Shown: positions 27,918-37,949 of the stretch, piece by piece
How the letters are laid out: each line of letters opens with the position of its first letter
Numbering within the stretch: the first letter of the stretch is position 1
IMG/VR virus record: IMGVR_UViG_3300027805_000015
Coordinates: 1 to 59,798 of that record
Strand: one strand, 5' to 3'
DNA length: 59,798 nucleotides
Origin: a virus
Lineage: Duplodnaviria; Caudoviricetes
Program-made: the position numbers and the translations under genes
Notes under the pieces: generated by a model
What the model saw: the letters and a program-made list of their open reading frames with translations, nothing else
Databases searched by the model: none
Told to the model about the DNA's origin: nothing

Positions 27918-30900
27918 TTACTCAAGGCTTAGGATATTACCTCTAGGATCAACCCAGCCACCATCTTCCTTGATGAGTTCAAGTCTCTCATCAGGTCTGA
28001 TGGTGGCTATTGTTTCTCCGTTTGAGTCTCTAACGTAAATATTATTATCGCCTTGATTTACTACAGTAAGAGATTGTCCATCGCCAACATCTGTTGGCAC
28101 TACCATTGAAGAGTCGCTCTTAGTATCAGCCTTTATCATTCCTTGATTGAGGTCTTCTGGCGTGACTTGATAAGGAAGTTCGATCATTTTTACTTTTCCT
28201 GTGCCAGAAATTGTAGCTCCATTATAAATAAATTCGTGGCCGATAACTTCCTCAGTAGCTCCAATCTGTTTCCAATTTGTAGTGCCAACAAAAACAATCT
28301 TATATTTATAATTTCTGGACATAGTAGTTGCAGCAACTTCATTATCTTCGTTCGCTCTACTATTTAATACCACTCTTCTGGCTGGAATAGTAGTGTCTTC
28401 TATTGGAGCAGGAGTAAGATAGCCGCTATATACATCAGTCAATGGACCGGGTCCAAAATCATCCCAAGCTACAAATCTAAAATAATGCCACTTATTCACT
28501 TCTAAGCCATCTGATTCGCTTAAAGAAAAGGTATTGACATATGATCTTGTAGAGGTGATTTGAAGTGATTTCAATTGATTAGAATTTTTTTCTATATCAG
28601 CTTCGAATGAGCCGCTAGCGCCTGTATAAACATCAATGAATAAAAGATCTTTATTTGAAGTTATAGAATAGCAATCAAAAATTATTCTTCCTTCAGCAAC
28701 TCTTTCTGGAAACACTGTAAAAGAAACTCCAGAAAAACCAGTTTGATTTGCATTAGTAATCTTGCTAAGATCGCTAATTCCTAGTGGATTATCCTTTGTT
28801 CTTGGTAAATCTCTACCTTCGCCAGAACCATATTGTATATAATGCCCAGAACCCCAAACTTCTTTAGTTTTTTCTGGTTCATTTATTTTTACGTTACTAT
28901 TATAGTAATTGATTAGATCTTCGTAACTATTTACGTATGCTTCGTAATCAGGTTGAGTTCCAGAGCCTCTAAAGTTAATATTTACGCCGTTTCGGCTTCT
29001 TGTTGCCGCTGCACCAGTACCATTAAATCCGGTAGCGCTTTTAAATGCTCCAGAAATGTCAAAGAAATCTACATCTCTTTCATCTTCGCTTCTTAGCAAT
29101 GCGCCACCTGTGCCCCTGACTCCAGAGCCATAAATAGTTTCATAGATGCCCGTTCCACCATCCCAGATAGCAATTCCAGTAAACGTTGAATTGCCATAAT
29201 AGCCAGAAAGAATATAATATGGTGAATTTTGATAGCAGTCAATTACTTCTATTGTTGAGAATTGGGGAGGAACATTGTATGCATAATAAGTTCCTGTAAA
29301 TGTTCTATTTGTATTGTCTGTAACTTCTAATTTAAGACCAAAATTTCTTGAGTCTTGTACTGCTTGCCAATTACTATCTTCTCTATTAACAAATTTTTTG
29401 TTATCATTGATATCTATCTTGTAAGAAAAACCTTGGAATTGATCTTCTCGATGTAATACTTGTCCCGCCATATCTAAAACAGAAACTTTAACCTTTGGAA
29501 TCAAAGGCATAAATATATTCTGTTTCATTTTTTCTACGGAATTTATGGCGCCACCTGTTGGGTCCATATAGGCCCATCTAAAAGTTAAATCTCTGGAAGT
29601 AAAATTACCTGCTCCTAATCCAGAGTGTCCGGTGCCAGTATAATAAATCTTATAATCAAGACTTCTAGTATCTGCTGTTTCTACATAAATACCACTTACA
29701 AATGTAGATTGTACAGTTTGTCCTGTTATGGATAAGCTTGGGTTTGGCAGGTAAGTTATCGAGATAGCGGCATTATCATCAGATAGCAATTTATATGGAT
29801 TTATGCCCTGACCATAAACATTAATGTCATATTGACCATATTTGCCACTTACATCAATAGTGATACCTGTTGTTCCAGATGCCACAAAATAAGCCTGCGT
29901 CATTGCGCTTAGTGTTGGCGAAGAATAATCTGGACGACTTACATAAACTTTATAGCCGTTAATAGGCGTGGTCGTTACGGCAGGCCAATTAAAATATAAT
30001 CCAGTTGAATTAATAATGCCAGTCCCAGTAATGTAAGCAGGAGAGTCTGGTTTTATGACGACATCATAAACTGATTTTACATAAAGATTAGGGGAAGTAT
30101 CAATAATATCTCTTTCAATAAACTCTTCTTTGTTTGCGTTAAATTCAATACCAACAACGCCGTATTGATTTGCTTCTTCTTCTTTTGTTGCGATAGTTTT
30201 ATATAGCTTTGGCTCTACACCAGAGCCGCTTAAAACATACAAGCTTCCAGCACTAATTAAATCTAAATTTTTTGGGGTTGTATCTGTACTTAATGAATAA
30301 AAGCCTTTTTCAAAACCAGTCCCATAAACAAAACCGCTAAATCCAATTCCATTTTCTGCTTTTAAAGTTCTTATATCAGTTTGACCGAAAGTTCCTGCGC
30401 CACTATACATTTCAATTCCAAGCGTAGCAAAAGCCTGCAACACGCCAGAAGCGGTGAGTGATTGATTTATATATGTTTTTTGAGAACCAAAAAAGTCTTT
30501 TGGAAAACCAAGAACAGAATAACCATTAGTTGAGCCAAGAAGCCATTTAGATCTAGCAGAGTTACCGGCATTATAATCATTTGAAAATATTCCGGTGCTA
30601 TTTGTAAAGTCTGAGTCATGGTCTCTTGTGGAAGTATAAACGACCCCAGAAAATTTTACTATATTTCCAGCTTCATATTTTCTTCCGCCAGTCCATTCTC
30701 CATATACGGACTGCTGATCATTTCCGATTTCAGCTTGTAGAAAAGTATAATATCCTCTTAATTTAGAAAATGCAAGAAGATCTCTGTAAGTAAATCTTAA
30801 AGAACCATAATCATTTAAAGCTTTTGATGCCCTCTCTATGATTCTATAACCACCTTTTATAAAGGCACAGGCATAGCCAAAGCTTGTTGAGGTTCCAGAA

Positions 30901-33542
30901 GAGTCTCGTCCAATTTTATAAATTTCTGTTGCTCCATAATCGGTTGCCCAAGTTGAACTTGCATTAAAGCCGTTACTTATTACTCCTCCCCTTGTAAAGA
31001 CAACAATTGCCCGTCCTGTGGCAGCAGAGGTAAATACTGCGTTTGAAAAAACAGCGTCAAGTGAAGCAAGAGTTGTTTGGGCCTCGATTGCTCCTGCGAT
31101 AGTTAATCTAGCCGCATATATCTGATCTGTGCTTAACGTTGTTAGTGTGCTGCCGTTTACGGCCAAAGTAGAACTGGAAGATATAGAATAAGAAATAACG
31201 CCAGTCCAATTTGACTCATTTCCAATTAATTGACCAGTTAATCCCGTTCCAGAAACATCTACGTCTATTTCTAGGTCTTTAAGTAGCCCTGAAACTTCTG
31301 AAAAACTAACAGTGTCAACAGTTGGATTTCCATCAATGATCGTCCCTTCAGGAAATGTATAGAATGATCCATCTAGATTTGTCTCTCCCGTTACTTGGCT
31401 TGATCCAGAAATTCTTCCTTCGTCTACGTGGACATCAACAACTCCAGATTTTAGAAGAAAATTTCCAGTTAAAGTTAAAAGAGCGCCATAGTCTAAATCA
31501 GTATGAGCGCATATATTATATTTTTTTACTTGAGATTGTCTTCTTGCCCTGATGATATCTAGAGTTCCACTAAAAGAGCCATCAGATCCAGTCATCGAAT
31601 TTAAATCTGAAACTGCAAAGTTTCCAGAAGGAACATGGATATATATTCCAGAATCTAATCCGGTTGCAAATTCTCCATCGATTCTTACTGAGCCGTCAAA
31701 AGTGTCTACAGAAAGTATTCTTCCAAATGTTCTAGCCACATTCTTTAGTTCGTCGCTAACAGCAAAAATATCACCAGGTTGCAAATAAGCGCCTTCTAAT
31801 CCAGCAGTAAAGGATACGGTGTCCGCTTCAAACATTGAAGAATGAAGAATGTATCTGCCTATTCTTCTCGCTTCAGAACGGGAAGTGCATCCAGCCGCAT
31901 TAACTTTAAATGGGTTTAGGCCAAACGTTCTAATTCCATCCATGTCTTCAACAAACTCTATTTTAGTTTTAAAATTATCAAATTTATCATTATATACAAC
32001 TTCTACGCTTGTGTATCTAAGATTTTTAGCGGTTTCTGTATAATTGAAAGCGCCATCTTTAACATTAGAATTCGCAAAATACATTATTGGTTGTTTTGGC
32101 CTATCTGCAAAGAACGAAAAGCCTTCAGTATTCCAATAAACAATGCCTTTGAAAATAGCAGCGATATCCTTAATTACCTTGTAAGCCTCATCTTTATTGC
32201 CGAATATTATATTGCAAGTATATCTTGGCTCTAGTCCGCCCTTGCCGTCAGATACGCCTTCAAAAAATCCTTTATCATTTACAGCATCGCAGTATCTGCC
32301 GATATCATAAAGCGTCCACTTATCTATTGAATTGTTATCAATATAATTGCCAAGGCCATAATTTGTATCGGTGATGATGTCATACAATACCCATGCAGGA
32401 TTATCTGTCCAAGCTATTTTGAATGTGCCATCCCAATCCCCATAATATATTTTGTTATGATCATAAAACTGATTACTGCAAAATTTTTGAAATTCTATAT
32501 CAGAATCATGCCTACAGTTAAATTTACCGCCGCCAGAGTCAACTGCGAGTTCTCTTAATGTTCTTGTCCCAGAAGAGTTGGCATCATTAAATATGTAATA
32601 TATTTGAATCGCATTTTCTTGGGCGTGGTTCAAAAGTATTGCATATGTTTTTGCAGACATGGTTTCTGGCTCTGATCCAGAAAAATATACCACCTTCCTA
32701 ACTGTATTAACCCAAATCTTGCTCAAAACATCTTCTTCTTTTAAAGTTCCAGCTTCATCAGTTAAACCAAATTGACTTCTTCTTAAAAAGAAATTTGCAA
32801 TTGAAGTTTCTGTTGGATCTGTAGTTATTTTATTCGAAAAATTTAATGCGGCAGTTAATTTTGTCAGTAGATTTGTATTTGACCCTCCACTTGCATCTGG
32901 ACTTTCTATTTCAAAAAAATCATCAGTTTCATAATAGGTAAAACCAATTAACTTCTCTCCGGTTTTTTCGTTTAATGTCGTGTCTTGGGTCGCAGATGTT
33001 TGCCAAATCGAAGCTCGGACAAATGTATATCCAGCCACCAGCTTAGATATCATTTCTTTGATATTTCTAATCAGCAATTGTCTTTGGGCATAATTCATGT
33101 TTTGATCCACAACGAAAGCAATATCAAGATTACTTGGGTCTCCAGCAAAGTTTGGGCTAGTATATATGTAGCGCCTATCTAATCCGTTGCCTCCAATTGA
33201 GTAATAATTAGAAGGAACTTTAACCTTCTTCATTTTTACGTCAAACTCTCTTTTAGGAAAATTAGAAAAAGTCCTAGAGTCAAACTTCAATCCCACATGC
33301 GCTGTCATTGGATAGGAAAAGCTCCTATCAATTACCTCGATGACGCTTTCAACAGAAATTTCTCTTTTGACTAACGGATTGATTGTTTCTGGAGTAATTT
33401 TTTCTAGCGACACGAACCTGTCTCTTCCATCAATTGATGGAGGAAGGACGATTTCCCCCATGCCAGAATCAATACCGACATAGGTTAAATTGCTCTCTGA
33501 ATCTTCGTTTCCTTGTGACTGATCTGAATAGCCGTCGTCCAT
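27918..33542 (-). CDS. Tail tip / central fibre protein J, C-terminal part, with vWA insertion
   Basis: YPMTAHVGLKFDS...VKVPSNY...WDGTFKIAWTDNPAWVLYD...YGLG...DKWTLYDIGRYCD...EPRYTCN...GCTSRSEARR...PGD match lambda gpJ. Confidence 0.9.
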   Translation of the reverse strand: MDDGYSDQSQGNEDSESNLTYVGIDSGMGEIVLPPSIDGRDRFVSLEKITPETINPLVKREISVESVIEVIDRSFSYPMTAHVGLKFDSRTFSNFPKREFDVKMKKVKVPSNYYSIGGNGLDRRYIYTSPNFAGDPSNLDIAFVVDQNMNYAQRQLLIRNIKEMISKLVAGYTFVRASIWQTSATQDTTLNEKTGEKLIGFTYYETDDFFEIESPDASGGSNTNLLTKLTAALNFSNKITTDPTETSIANFFLRRSQFGLTDEAGTLKEEDVLSKIWVNTVRKVVYFSGSEPETMSAKTYAILLNHAQENAIQIYYIFNDANSSGTRTLRELAVDSGGGKFNCRHDSDIEFQKFCSNQFYDHNKIYYGDWDGTFKIAWTDNPAWVLYDIITDTNYGLGNYIDNNSIDKWTLYDIGRYCDAVNDKGFFEGVSDGKGGLEPRYTCNIIFGNKDEAYKVIKDIAAIFKGIVYWNTEGFSFFADRPKQPIMYFANSNVKDGAFNYTETAKNLRYTSVEVVYNDKFDNFKTKIEFVEDMDGIRTFGLNPFKVNAAGCTSRSEARRIGRYILHSSMFEADTVSFTAGLEGAYLQPGDIFAVSDELKNVARTFGRILSVDTFDGSVRIDGEFATGLDSGIYIHVPSGNFAVSDLNSMTGSDGSFSGTLDIIRARRQSQVKKYNICAHTDLDYGALLTLTGNFLLKSGVVDVHVDEGRISGSSQVTGETNLDGSFYTFPEGTIIDGNPTVDTVSFSEVSGLLKDLEIDVDVSGTGLTGQLIGNESNWTGVISYSISSSSTLAVNGSTLTTLSTDQIYAARLTIAGAIEAQTTLASLDAVFSNAVFTSAATGRAIVVFTRGGVISNGFNASSTWATDYGATEIYKIGRDSSGTSTSFGYACAFIKGGYRIIERASKALNDYGSLRFTYRDLLAFSKLRGYYTFLQAEIGNDQQSVYGEWTGGRKYEAGNIVKFSGVVYTSTRDHDSDFTNSTGIFSNDYNAGNSARSKWLLGSTNGYSVLGFPKDFFGSQKTYINQSLTASGVLQAFATLGIEMYSGAGTFGQTDIRTLKAENGIGFSGFVYGTGFEKGFYSLSTDTTPKNLDLISAGSLYVLSGSGVEPKLYKTIATKEEEANQYGVVGIEFNANKEEFIERDIIDTSPNLYVKSVYDVVIKPDSPAYITGTGIINSTGLYFNWPAVTTTPINGYKVYVSRPDYSSPTLSAMTQAYFVASGTTGITIDVSGKYGQYDINVYGQGINPYKLLSDDNAAISITYLPNPSLSITGQTVQSTFVSGIYVETADTRSLDYKIYYTGTGHSGLGAGNFTSRDLTFRWAYMDPTGGAINSVEKMKQNIFMPLIPKVKVSVLDMAGQVLHREDQFQGFSYKIDINDNKKFVNREDSNWQAVQDSRNFGLKLEVTDNTNRTFTGTYYAYNVPPQFSTIEVIDCYQNSPYYILSGYYGNSTFTGIAIWDGGTGIYETIYGSGVRGTGGALLRSEDERDVDFFDISGAFKSATGFNGTGAAATRSRNGVNINFRGSGTQPDYEAYVNSYEDLINYYNSNVKINEPEKTKEVWGSGHYIQYGSGEGRDLPRTKDNPLGISDLSKITNANQTGFSGVSFTVFPERVAEGRIIFDCYSITSNKDLLFIDVYTGASGSFEADIEKNSNQLKSLQITSTRSYVNTFSLSESDGLEVNKWHYFRFVAWDDFGPGPLTDVYSGYLTPAPIEDTTIPARRVVLNSRANEDNEVAATTMSRNYKYKIVFVGTTNWKQIGATEEVIGHEFIYNGATISGTGKVKMIELPYQVTPEDLNQGMIKADTKSDSSMVVPTDVGDGQSLTVVNQGDNNIYVRDSNGETIATIRPDERLELIKEDGGWVDPRGNILSLE

Positions 33543-33561
33543 AATTTATTATAAATCAAGG

Positions 33562-34098
33562 TTAAGTAATAACAAAAGTTCTTACATCATTTTCCATCCC
33601 AGAAGCTGCTAGCCTTACTGAACCTATTGGAGAAAAAGCGTCAATATAAACAGTATGAGTCCCAGCGGCCATTTTTTGCGTTTCTGATCCTGGTATTGTA
33701 AAGCTAAATGTTCCATCTGGATTTATATTAGCTGGAGTTGATCTAACTTGTAATGAAGCGAAACCAGTATCTAGTCTTCCTATATTTATTTGCGCCACTA
33801 GTCCCAATGCGGGAACCACAGTTCCAGTTGCTCCTCTGGTAAGTCTATATGTAGCTGTACCTGTTAATGTAATCGCGCTTCCTTTTGCTGCTGAAGCAGT
33901 TACAGACGTAAATGTTGCCGCTGTTCCAACTCCAAGACCGACATATCCCGCACTCACTAATTCTCTTTCTGGCGAAGAAGGAATAAAATCTTTAAAATAC
34001 CTTCTCTTAAGAAAAGTTATAGTATTCAGTATTTTAGCGGGATTTGTAGGGTATAGTTTATCCGCTATTTGTTCTTGAGATGTTTTTTCTATTGGCAT
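33562..34098 (-). CDS. Ig-like (Big) domain protein between the two J parts
   Basis: ITLTGTA...DGTFSFTIP...AAGTHTVYIDA. Confidence 0.55.
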   Translation of the reverse strand: MPIEKTSQEQIADKLYPTNPAKILNTITFLKRRYFKDFIPSSPERELVSAGYVGLGVGTAATFTSVTASAAKGSAITLTGTATYRLTRGATGTVVPALGLVAQINIGRLDTGFASLQVRSTPANINPDGTFSFTIPGSETQKMAAGTHTVYIDAFSPIGSVRLAASGMENDVRTFVIT

Positions 34099-34100
34099 TT

Positions 34101-35000
34101 TTATCTATTTAGCACAGGATCTTGATCTATATTTTCGTTATAACTACCCAAAGAATTAGATATATTTCTGCCTCCACCTCCGCTTGGAGCCGAGGCAGTA
34201 TAACTATTAGATATTGTTCCTCCTGTTGCAATTTTTGCCGCCGCTGTTGACGCTGCGGCATCTTCTTCAGATTCAGAGTCGCCAATTACCATTGCGAATG
34301 GACTTGTTGCAGTTCCGCGAATAGTGATTGTCCTGCTTATTGCGCTGAAAGAGTTTTCTAATCCGTATGTTAAAAACAACGTCATAGTTGCTTCTTTTGA
34401 TGTTCCGATATTATTTGTTCTGCCAGTTTTAACGTCAACTGTATCAGCTAAAGCTTCAACTAATAAACTTATTTTTAACTTTTTTACATCTTTATTTTTA
34501 ATTTTATGAACAAACACAAATGGATCTTTGTTCTCGGAAGGCCAATCTCCCGCTTTTGCCCAGTTAACGAAGTTTCCTCCTGCTCTATTATTTAATGGAG
34601 CCTCTGTTGCGTCATCAACAGCTTTTATTGGCCCAAGCAATTTAAACCCTGCGCTTCTTGGAATATTTACGTTTTTAAAACTTGGCAGAGGCTTTTGATT
34701 CTCTGTTCCGAGATTAACCTCCATCAGTATATTTCTAAAATTATATTCTCCTTTATTATTCATAACGGGTATTCCGTTTAAATAAATACCTTTAAGCATA
34801 TCTAATCCGTATACTTTTTTGCCAAATTGATCTACTAACCCATAAATTGGCCCTTCGCAAAGAATATCTATTGTTTCACTAACAGAAATACTTCTTCTCA
34901 AATTTTGAGCTTGTGGCGGAACTAACTTTGGATCTTCGCCAGTCTTACCTCCCGAACCACCTTTACCTTTTAAAAATCTGTATGGATTTAATATTTTCAT
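34101..35000 (-). CDS. Tail tip protein J, N-terminal part
   Basis: GKGGSGG...ETIDILCEGPIYGLVD...IYLNGIPV...YNF...GTENQ...ITIRG match the gpJ N-terminus. Confidence 0.82.
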   Translation of the reverse strand: MKILNPYRFLKGKGGSGGKTGEDPKLVPPQAQNLRRSISVSETIDILCEGPIYGLVDQFGKKVYGLDMLKGIYLNGIPVMNNKGEYNFRNILMEVNLGTENQKPLPSFKNVNIPRSAGFKLLGPIKAVDDATEAPLNNRAGGNFVNWAKAGDWPSENKDPFVFVHKIKNKDVKKLKISLLVEALADTVDVKTGRTNNIGTSKEATMTLFLTYGLENSFSAISRTITIRGTATSPFAMVIGDSESEEDAAASTAAAKIATGGTISNSYTASAPSGGGGRNISNSLGSYNENIDQDPVLNR

Positions 35001-37594
35001 ACATCAATAAAAGCTTGGGTTGATAAAGTACCTCTTTGGTTTGAATCGAGTGGAAGCTCTGTTGGTAAAAATCTTATATTAAGTTTTACGGGAGATGTGT
35101 TTTGCTCTTGATTGTCTACTATTACTTTACATTTATATTTAGCTTGGTAGTAAGATAAGCCCTTATCTATTTTGCCATCTTTAATGGGACGCTCAGAAGA
35201 GAATGTCACCATTCTGTTTGAATTTGCAGCGGTTGATTCGTAGTGGCTGAAAGCATCTTCGAAAACAAAACCTCCAGAACCTGTCACCGTTCCTGCTCTT
35301 CTAACAAAAATAGTCCCTACTCTTGGAGAGCTTGCGCCTATTGATCCCCAATTTATGGTGCCCACTGTTGCTATTCTGTATTTTTTTCCAACAACCGTTG
35401 CAGAAGCTTCGATAAGTAGATTTTTTGTCAAAAATTTATCATATCTATTAAGAGAAAAATCAGATGTCTTTCTATGAAAGAGTTCTTCTTTTGGTATTAT
35501 TGTCCAATTCGAATAAACAGTATCTCCATTTGAATCAATTTTTCTATATATTGAAATTCCCTCTCCTCCCAAACTGTCTTGAAATCTAGCATATAATCTA
35601 TGATAACCTACAGTCAGATAAATTTCTGATGTAGTCGAATCTAAATCTTCTATCTCACCTTCTGTTGGGTTTTGATAATCTGCAAAACCCGAATACATTC
35701 CGTGATTTCCATAATATGAGCTAGCTAACTGACCATCAATATATAAATCAGAAGCGTCGTCAGAATCTAATTTAAATTTATAAGACGCTACCCTCATTAT
35801 TGTTCCATCTCCTGTGACTTGATTTGAGTTTTTTGTAAAAGTCATTCCAGCTACAACAGGAATAGCAGCGCCAGCCGCACCTGTTAAGCCCGCGCCTGTC
35901 CACTGAACGCCGCCAGTTACTCCGGGGTTTATGACTTCATACATAACTCCATTCTCAGCATCAGCTATATTTATTACCCTATTTCTAACAAATGGAACCT
36001 TATAAAAGCCTAAAAACTCCATAGCGTAATTATCGGCATTCAATCTGGCATCGTCATTCGAAGTTCCTTCAAGGTAGGTTCTGTTAATATTTGTTCCGTT
36101 TATGGCTGCGGCATGAATGGCGTCTGGTTTATAAGGAGAACCAAACAAATTAATTAAATCATTAAATTGACCGCTAGTAGAAGGAGAAGATATTTGTTCC
36201 CAAGCATTTGTGTCGGTTGGTAGCCAGCCTGTAGCGTCAAATAATGCTTTATAAAGACTTTCTGAAGCAGGAGAAGACACTGCCTTCCAACAAGAAGCTC
36301 CACTTGCAGCGCCAGTTGGCTCAATGCCACTATGTCCCGTTAGCGCTTTGTAATGGAGATCTCCTGTAGTTCCTGTCAGCCTCACTAACTCTCCACTTGC
36401 GTAGGCATATCCACTATCCCAATTTGCAAACACCAAAGTTCTGAATTGCGCTGGGCCATATCTAATTAAAGAATTCTGCGGATAAGAAATAAAATAAGAA
36501 CTCCCTGTGTTTGAAATGCCTTCTAATTGGCTATAATACGAAAAGTCTTTTGCAAAATAAGATCTATAAACAACTCCAGAACTAAAAGCATAAGGGTTTT
36601 CAATTTTTACTTTGCCCTTATTTATTTCTGAACTCAGATCTTCCCATAAATACTGAACATCAAGATCGTAATTTGGGAGATTTGGGTTAGAAATTATTTC
36701 GCCATTTCTTTTAACTACAACTTCAACAGGTTCAGTTGTAACCTTAGCCGCACTTCTGCTGATTATGCTGGCATAAGAATTTAAAATATTAACAGTTGTG
36801 AACGAAAGAGATTCGTCCATTCCCATCGCTTGGTTTGTATAAAAACTATCCACTGCTGCCGTTTCGTCTTCGTTACTGAACTCAAGATCAGTATAATCAT
36901 CGATTGGCCTATCAACAGGAGTCATCAAGGCTTTAATATCAGTCTTTAAAGGATAATGGCCCAGATTCGCGCTGATCTGCGAGCTTCCTATCAACAGTCT
37001 GCCATATCCAACTGGAACAGCTTGGCCTTGAGATGTATTGTTAGATTTGCCTCCAAACAAATAAGACTTACCGCCTGCCGCAACTTCTTGATTAAAGTCT
37101 GGTTTTGGTGGTGGATATAATAGCCCCATTACGCCTTGAAGGGCCAAGCTTGCGCCTATGCCAAACACAGCCATTCCAAGACCACTCAAACCGCCACCAG
37201 CAGCACCAAATGCCGCCCCTAACATTCCCGAGGCTCCTCCTAAAGCTCCTTGAATCGCGCCTCCCAAAAGCCCTGCTGCACCAGCAGTAGCTATCATTAA
37301 AACCGCACCAATGGCGATCAATGCTCCATTTTTTCCTGCTCCCCAAACAATAGGAACAATATGAACTTCTTGCGGAACTTTTGTTATTTCTAGTTCTTTT
37401 GGATCTTGTATGACCTGATCATCAACTATCACTCTGTAAAATACTCCTCTGCTTCCTAATTTTTTTATCTCATCTAGAAAACCTCTTCTATTAGCGTTGA
37501 TTGCAAGCAAAGCCTCTTTTGCCGAACCTATGTTAAATCTAAATTCATCTCCAAATTTGTTTTGCAACTCACCGTATAAATAAACATTAGTCAT
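34997..37594 (-). CDS. Tail assembly protein I (ubiquitin-like N-terminus) with long C-terminal CBM/PA14 extension
   Basis: VYLYGEL..KFG...EALLAI...HIVPIVWGAG, Gly-rich hydrophobic stretch, SYLF, GQAVPVGYGRLLIGS; later DSDDASDLYIDG (PA14). Confidence 0.85.
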   Translation of the reverse strand: MTNVYLYGELQNKFGDEFRFNIGSAKEALLAINANRRGFLDEIKKLGSRGVFYRVIVDDQVIQDPKELEITKVPQEVHIVPIVWGAGKNGALIAIGAVLMIATAGAAGLLGGAIQGALGGASGMLGAAFGAAGGGLSGLGMAVFGIGASLALQGVMGLLYPPPKPDFNQEVAAGGKSYLFGGKSNNTSQGQAVPVGYGRLLIGSSQISANLGHYPLKTDIKALMTPVDRPIDDYTDLEFSNEDETAAVDSFYTNQAMGMDESLSFTTVNILNSYASIISRSAAKVTTEPVEVVVKRNGEIISNPNLPNYDLDVQYLWEDLSSEINKGKVKIENPYAFSSGVVYRSYFAKDFSYYSQLEGISNTGSSYFISYPQNSLIRYGPAQFRTLVFANWDSGYAYASGELVRLTGTTGDLHYKALTGHSGIEPTGAASGASCWKAVSSPASESLYKALFDATGWLPTDTNAWEQISSPSTSGQFNDLINLFGSPYKPDAIHAAAINGTNINRTYLEGTSNDDARLNADNYAMEFLGFYKVPFVRNRVINIADAENGVMYEVINPGVTGGVQWTGAGLTGAAGAAIPVVAGMTFTKNSNQVTGDGTIMRVASYKFKLDSDDASDLYIDGQLASSYYGNHGMYSGFADYQNPTEGEIEDLDSTTSEIYLTVGYHRLYARFQDSLGGEGISIYRKIDSNGDTVYSNWTIIPKEELFHRKTSDFSLNRYDKFLTKNLLIEASATVVGKKYRIATVGTINWGSIGASSPRVGTIFVRRAGTVTGSGGFVFEDAFSHYESTAANSNRMVTFSSERPIKDGKIDKGLSYYQAKYKCKVIVDNQEQNTSPVKLNIRFLPTELPLDSNQRGTLSTQAFIDV

Positions 37595-37949
37595 ATTGCT
37601 TTTTTAATAATTCTAAGTTTTCTTTTTTTACGTGAGGTTTTCTTGGAACCAAAAGATTAAATTTATTACTCTGCTTGCTATAGATTACATAGGGAATACA
37701 AGAATTATCACAATTAAATTTATCAAACTTAGATTCCTTCTCTTCTGTTTGAGGATGCGTGTGGTAGATCGCAGCCAGCTTGCCGCTTCTAATGTGGCGT
37801 AAAATTTCAAGTGGATGTATTTCAAATACATCATTTTCATACACAGCTATATTTTTTGCAGGCTCAGTTTTTAACTCTCCATTCTCAACAAGAATAAAGC
37901 CACAAACTTCAAGGTCAGATTTTTCAGCGTGTTCAACAATAGTTTTCAT
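37587..37949 (-). CDS. Tail assembly protein K-like JAB/MPN metalloprotease (no NlpC/P60 domain)
   Basis: EVCGFI...YHTHP...SKFD JAMM motif, located between L and I. Confidence 0.82.
   Translation of the reverse strand: MKTIVEHAEKSDLEVCGFILVENGELKTEPAKNIAVYENDVFEIHPLEILRHIRSGKLAAIYHTHPQTEEKESKFDKFNCDNSCIPYVIYSKQSNKFNLLVPRKPHVKKENLELLKKQYD

Noticed and set aside
27912-27923. Terminator at the nrdB / J convergence
   Set aside because: The two stop codons abut directly (TAATTA), with no hairpin visible.
33490-34290. Ribosomal bypass, intron or direct-repeat excision joining the two J halves at the DSES peptides
   Set aside because: The DNA differs (GACTCTGAATCT versus GATTCAGAGAGC), I recognised no group I/II intron or intein motifs, and each ORF has a normal start and stop.
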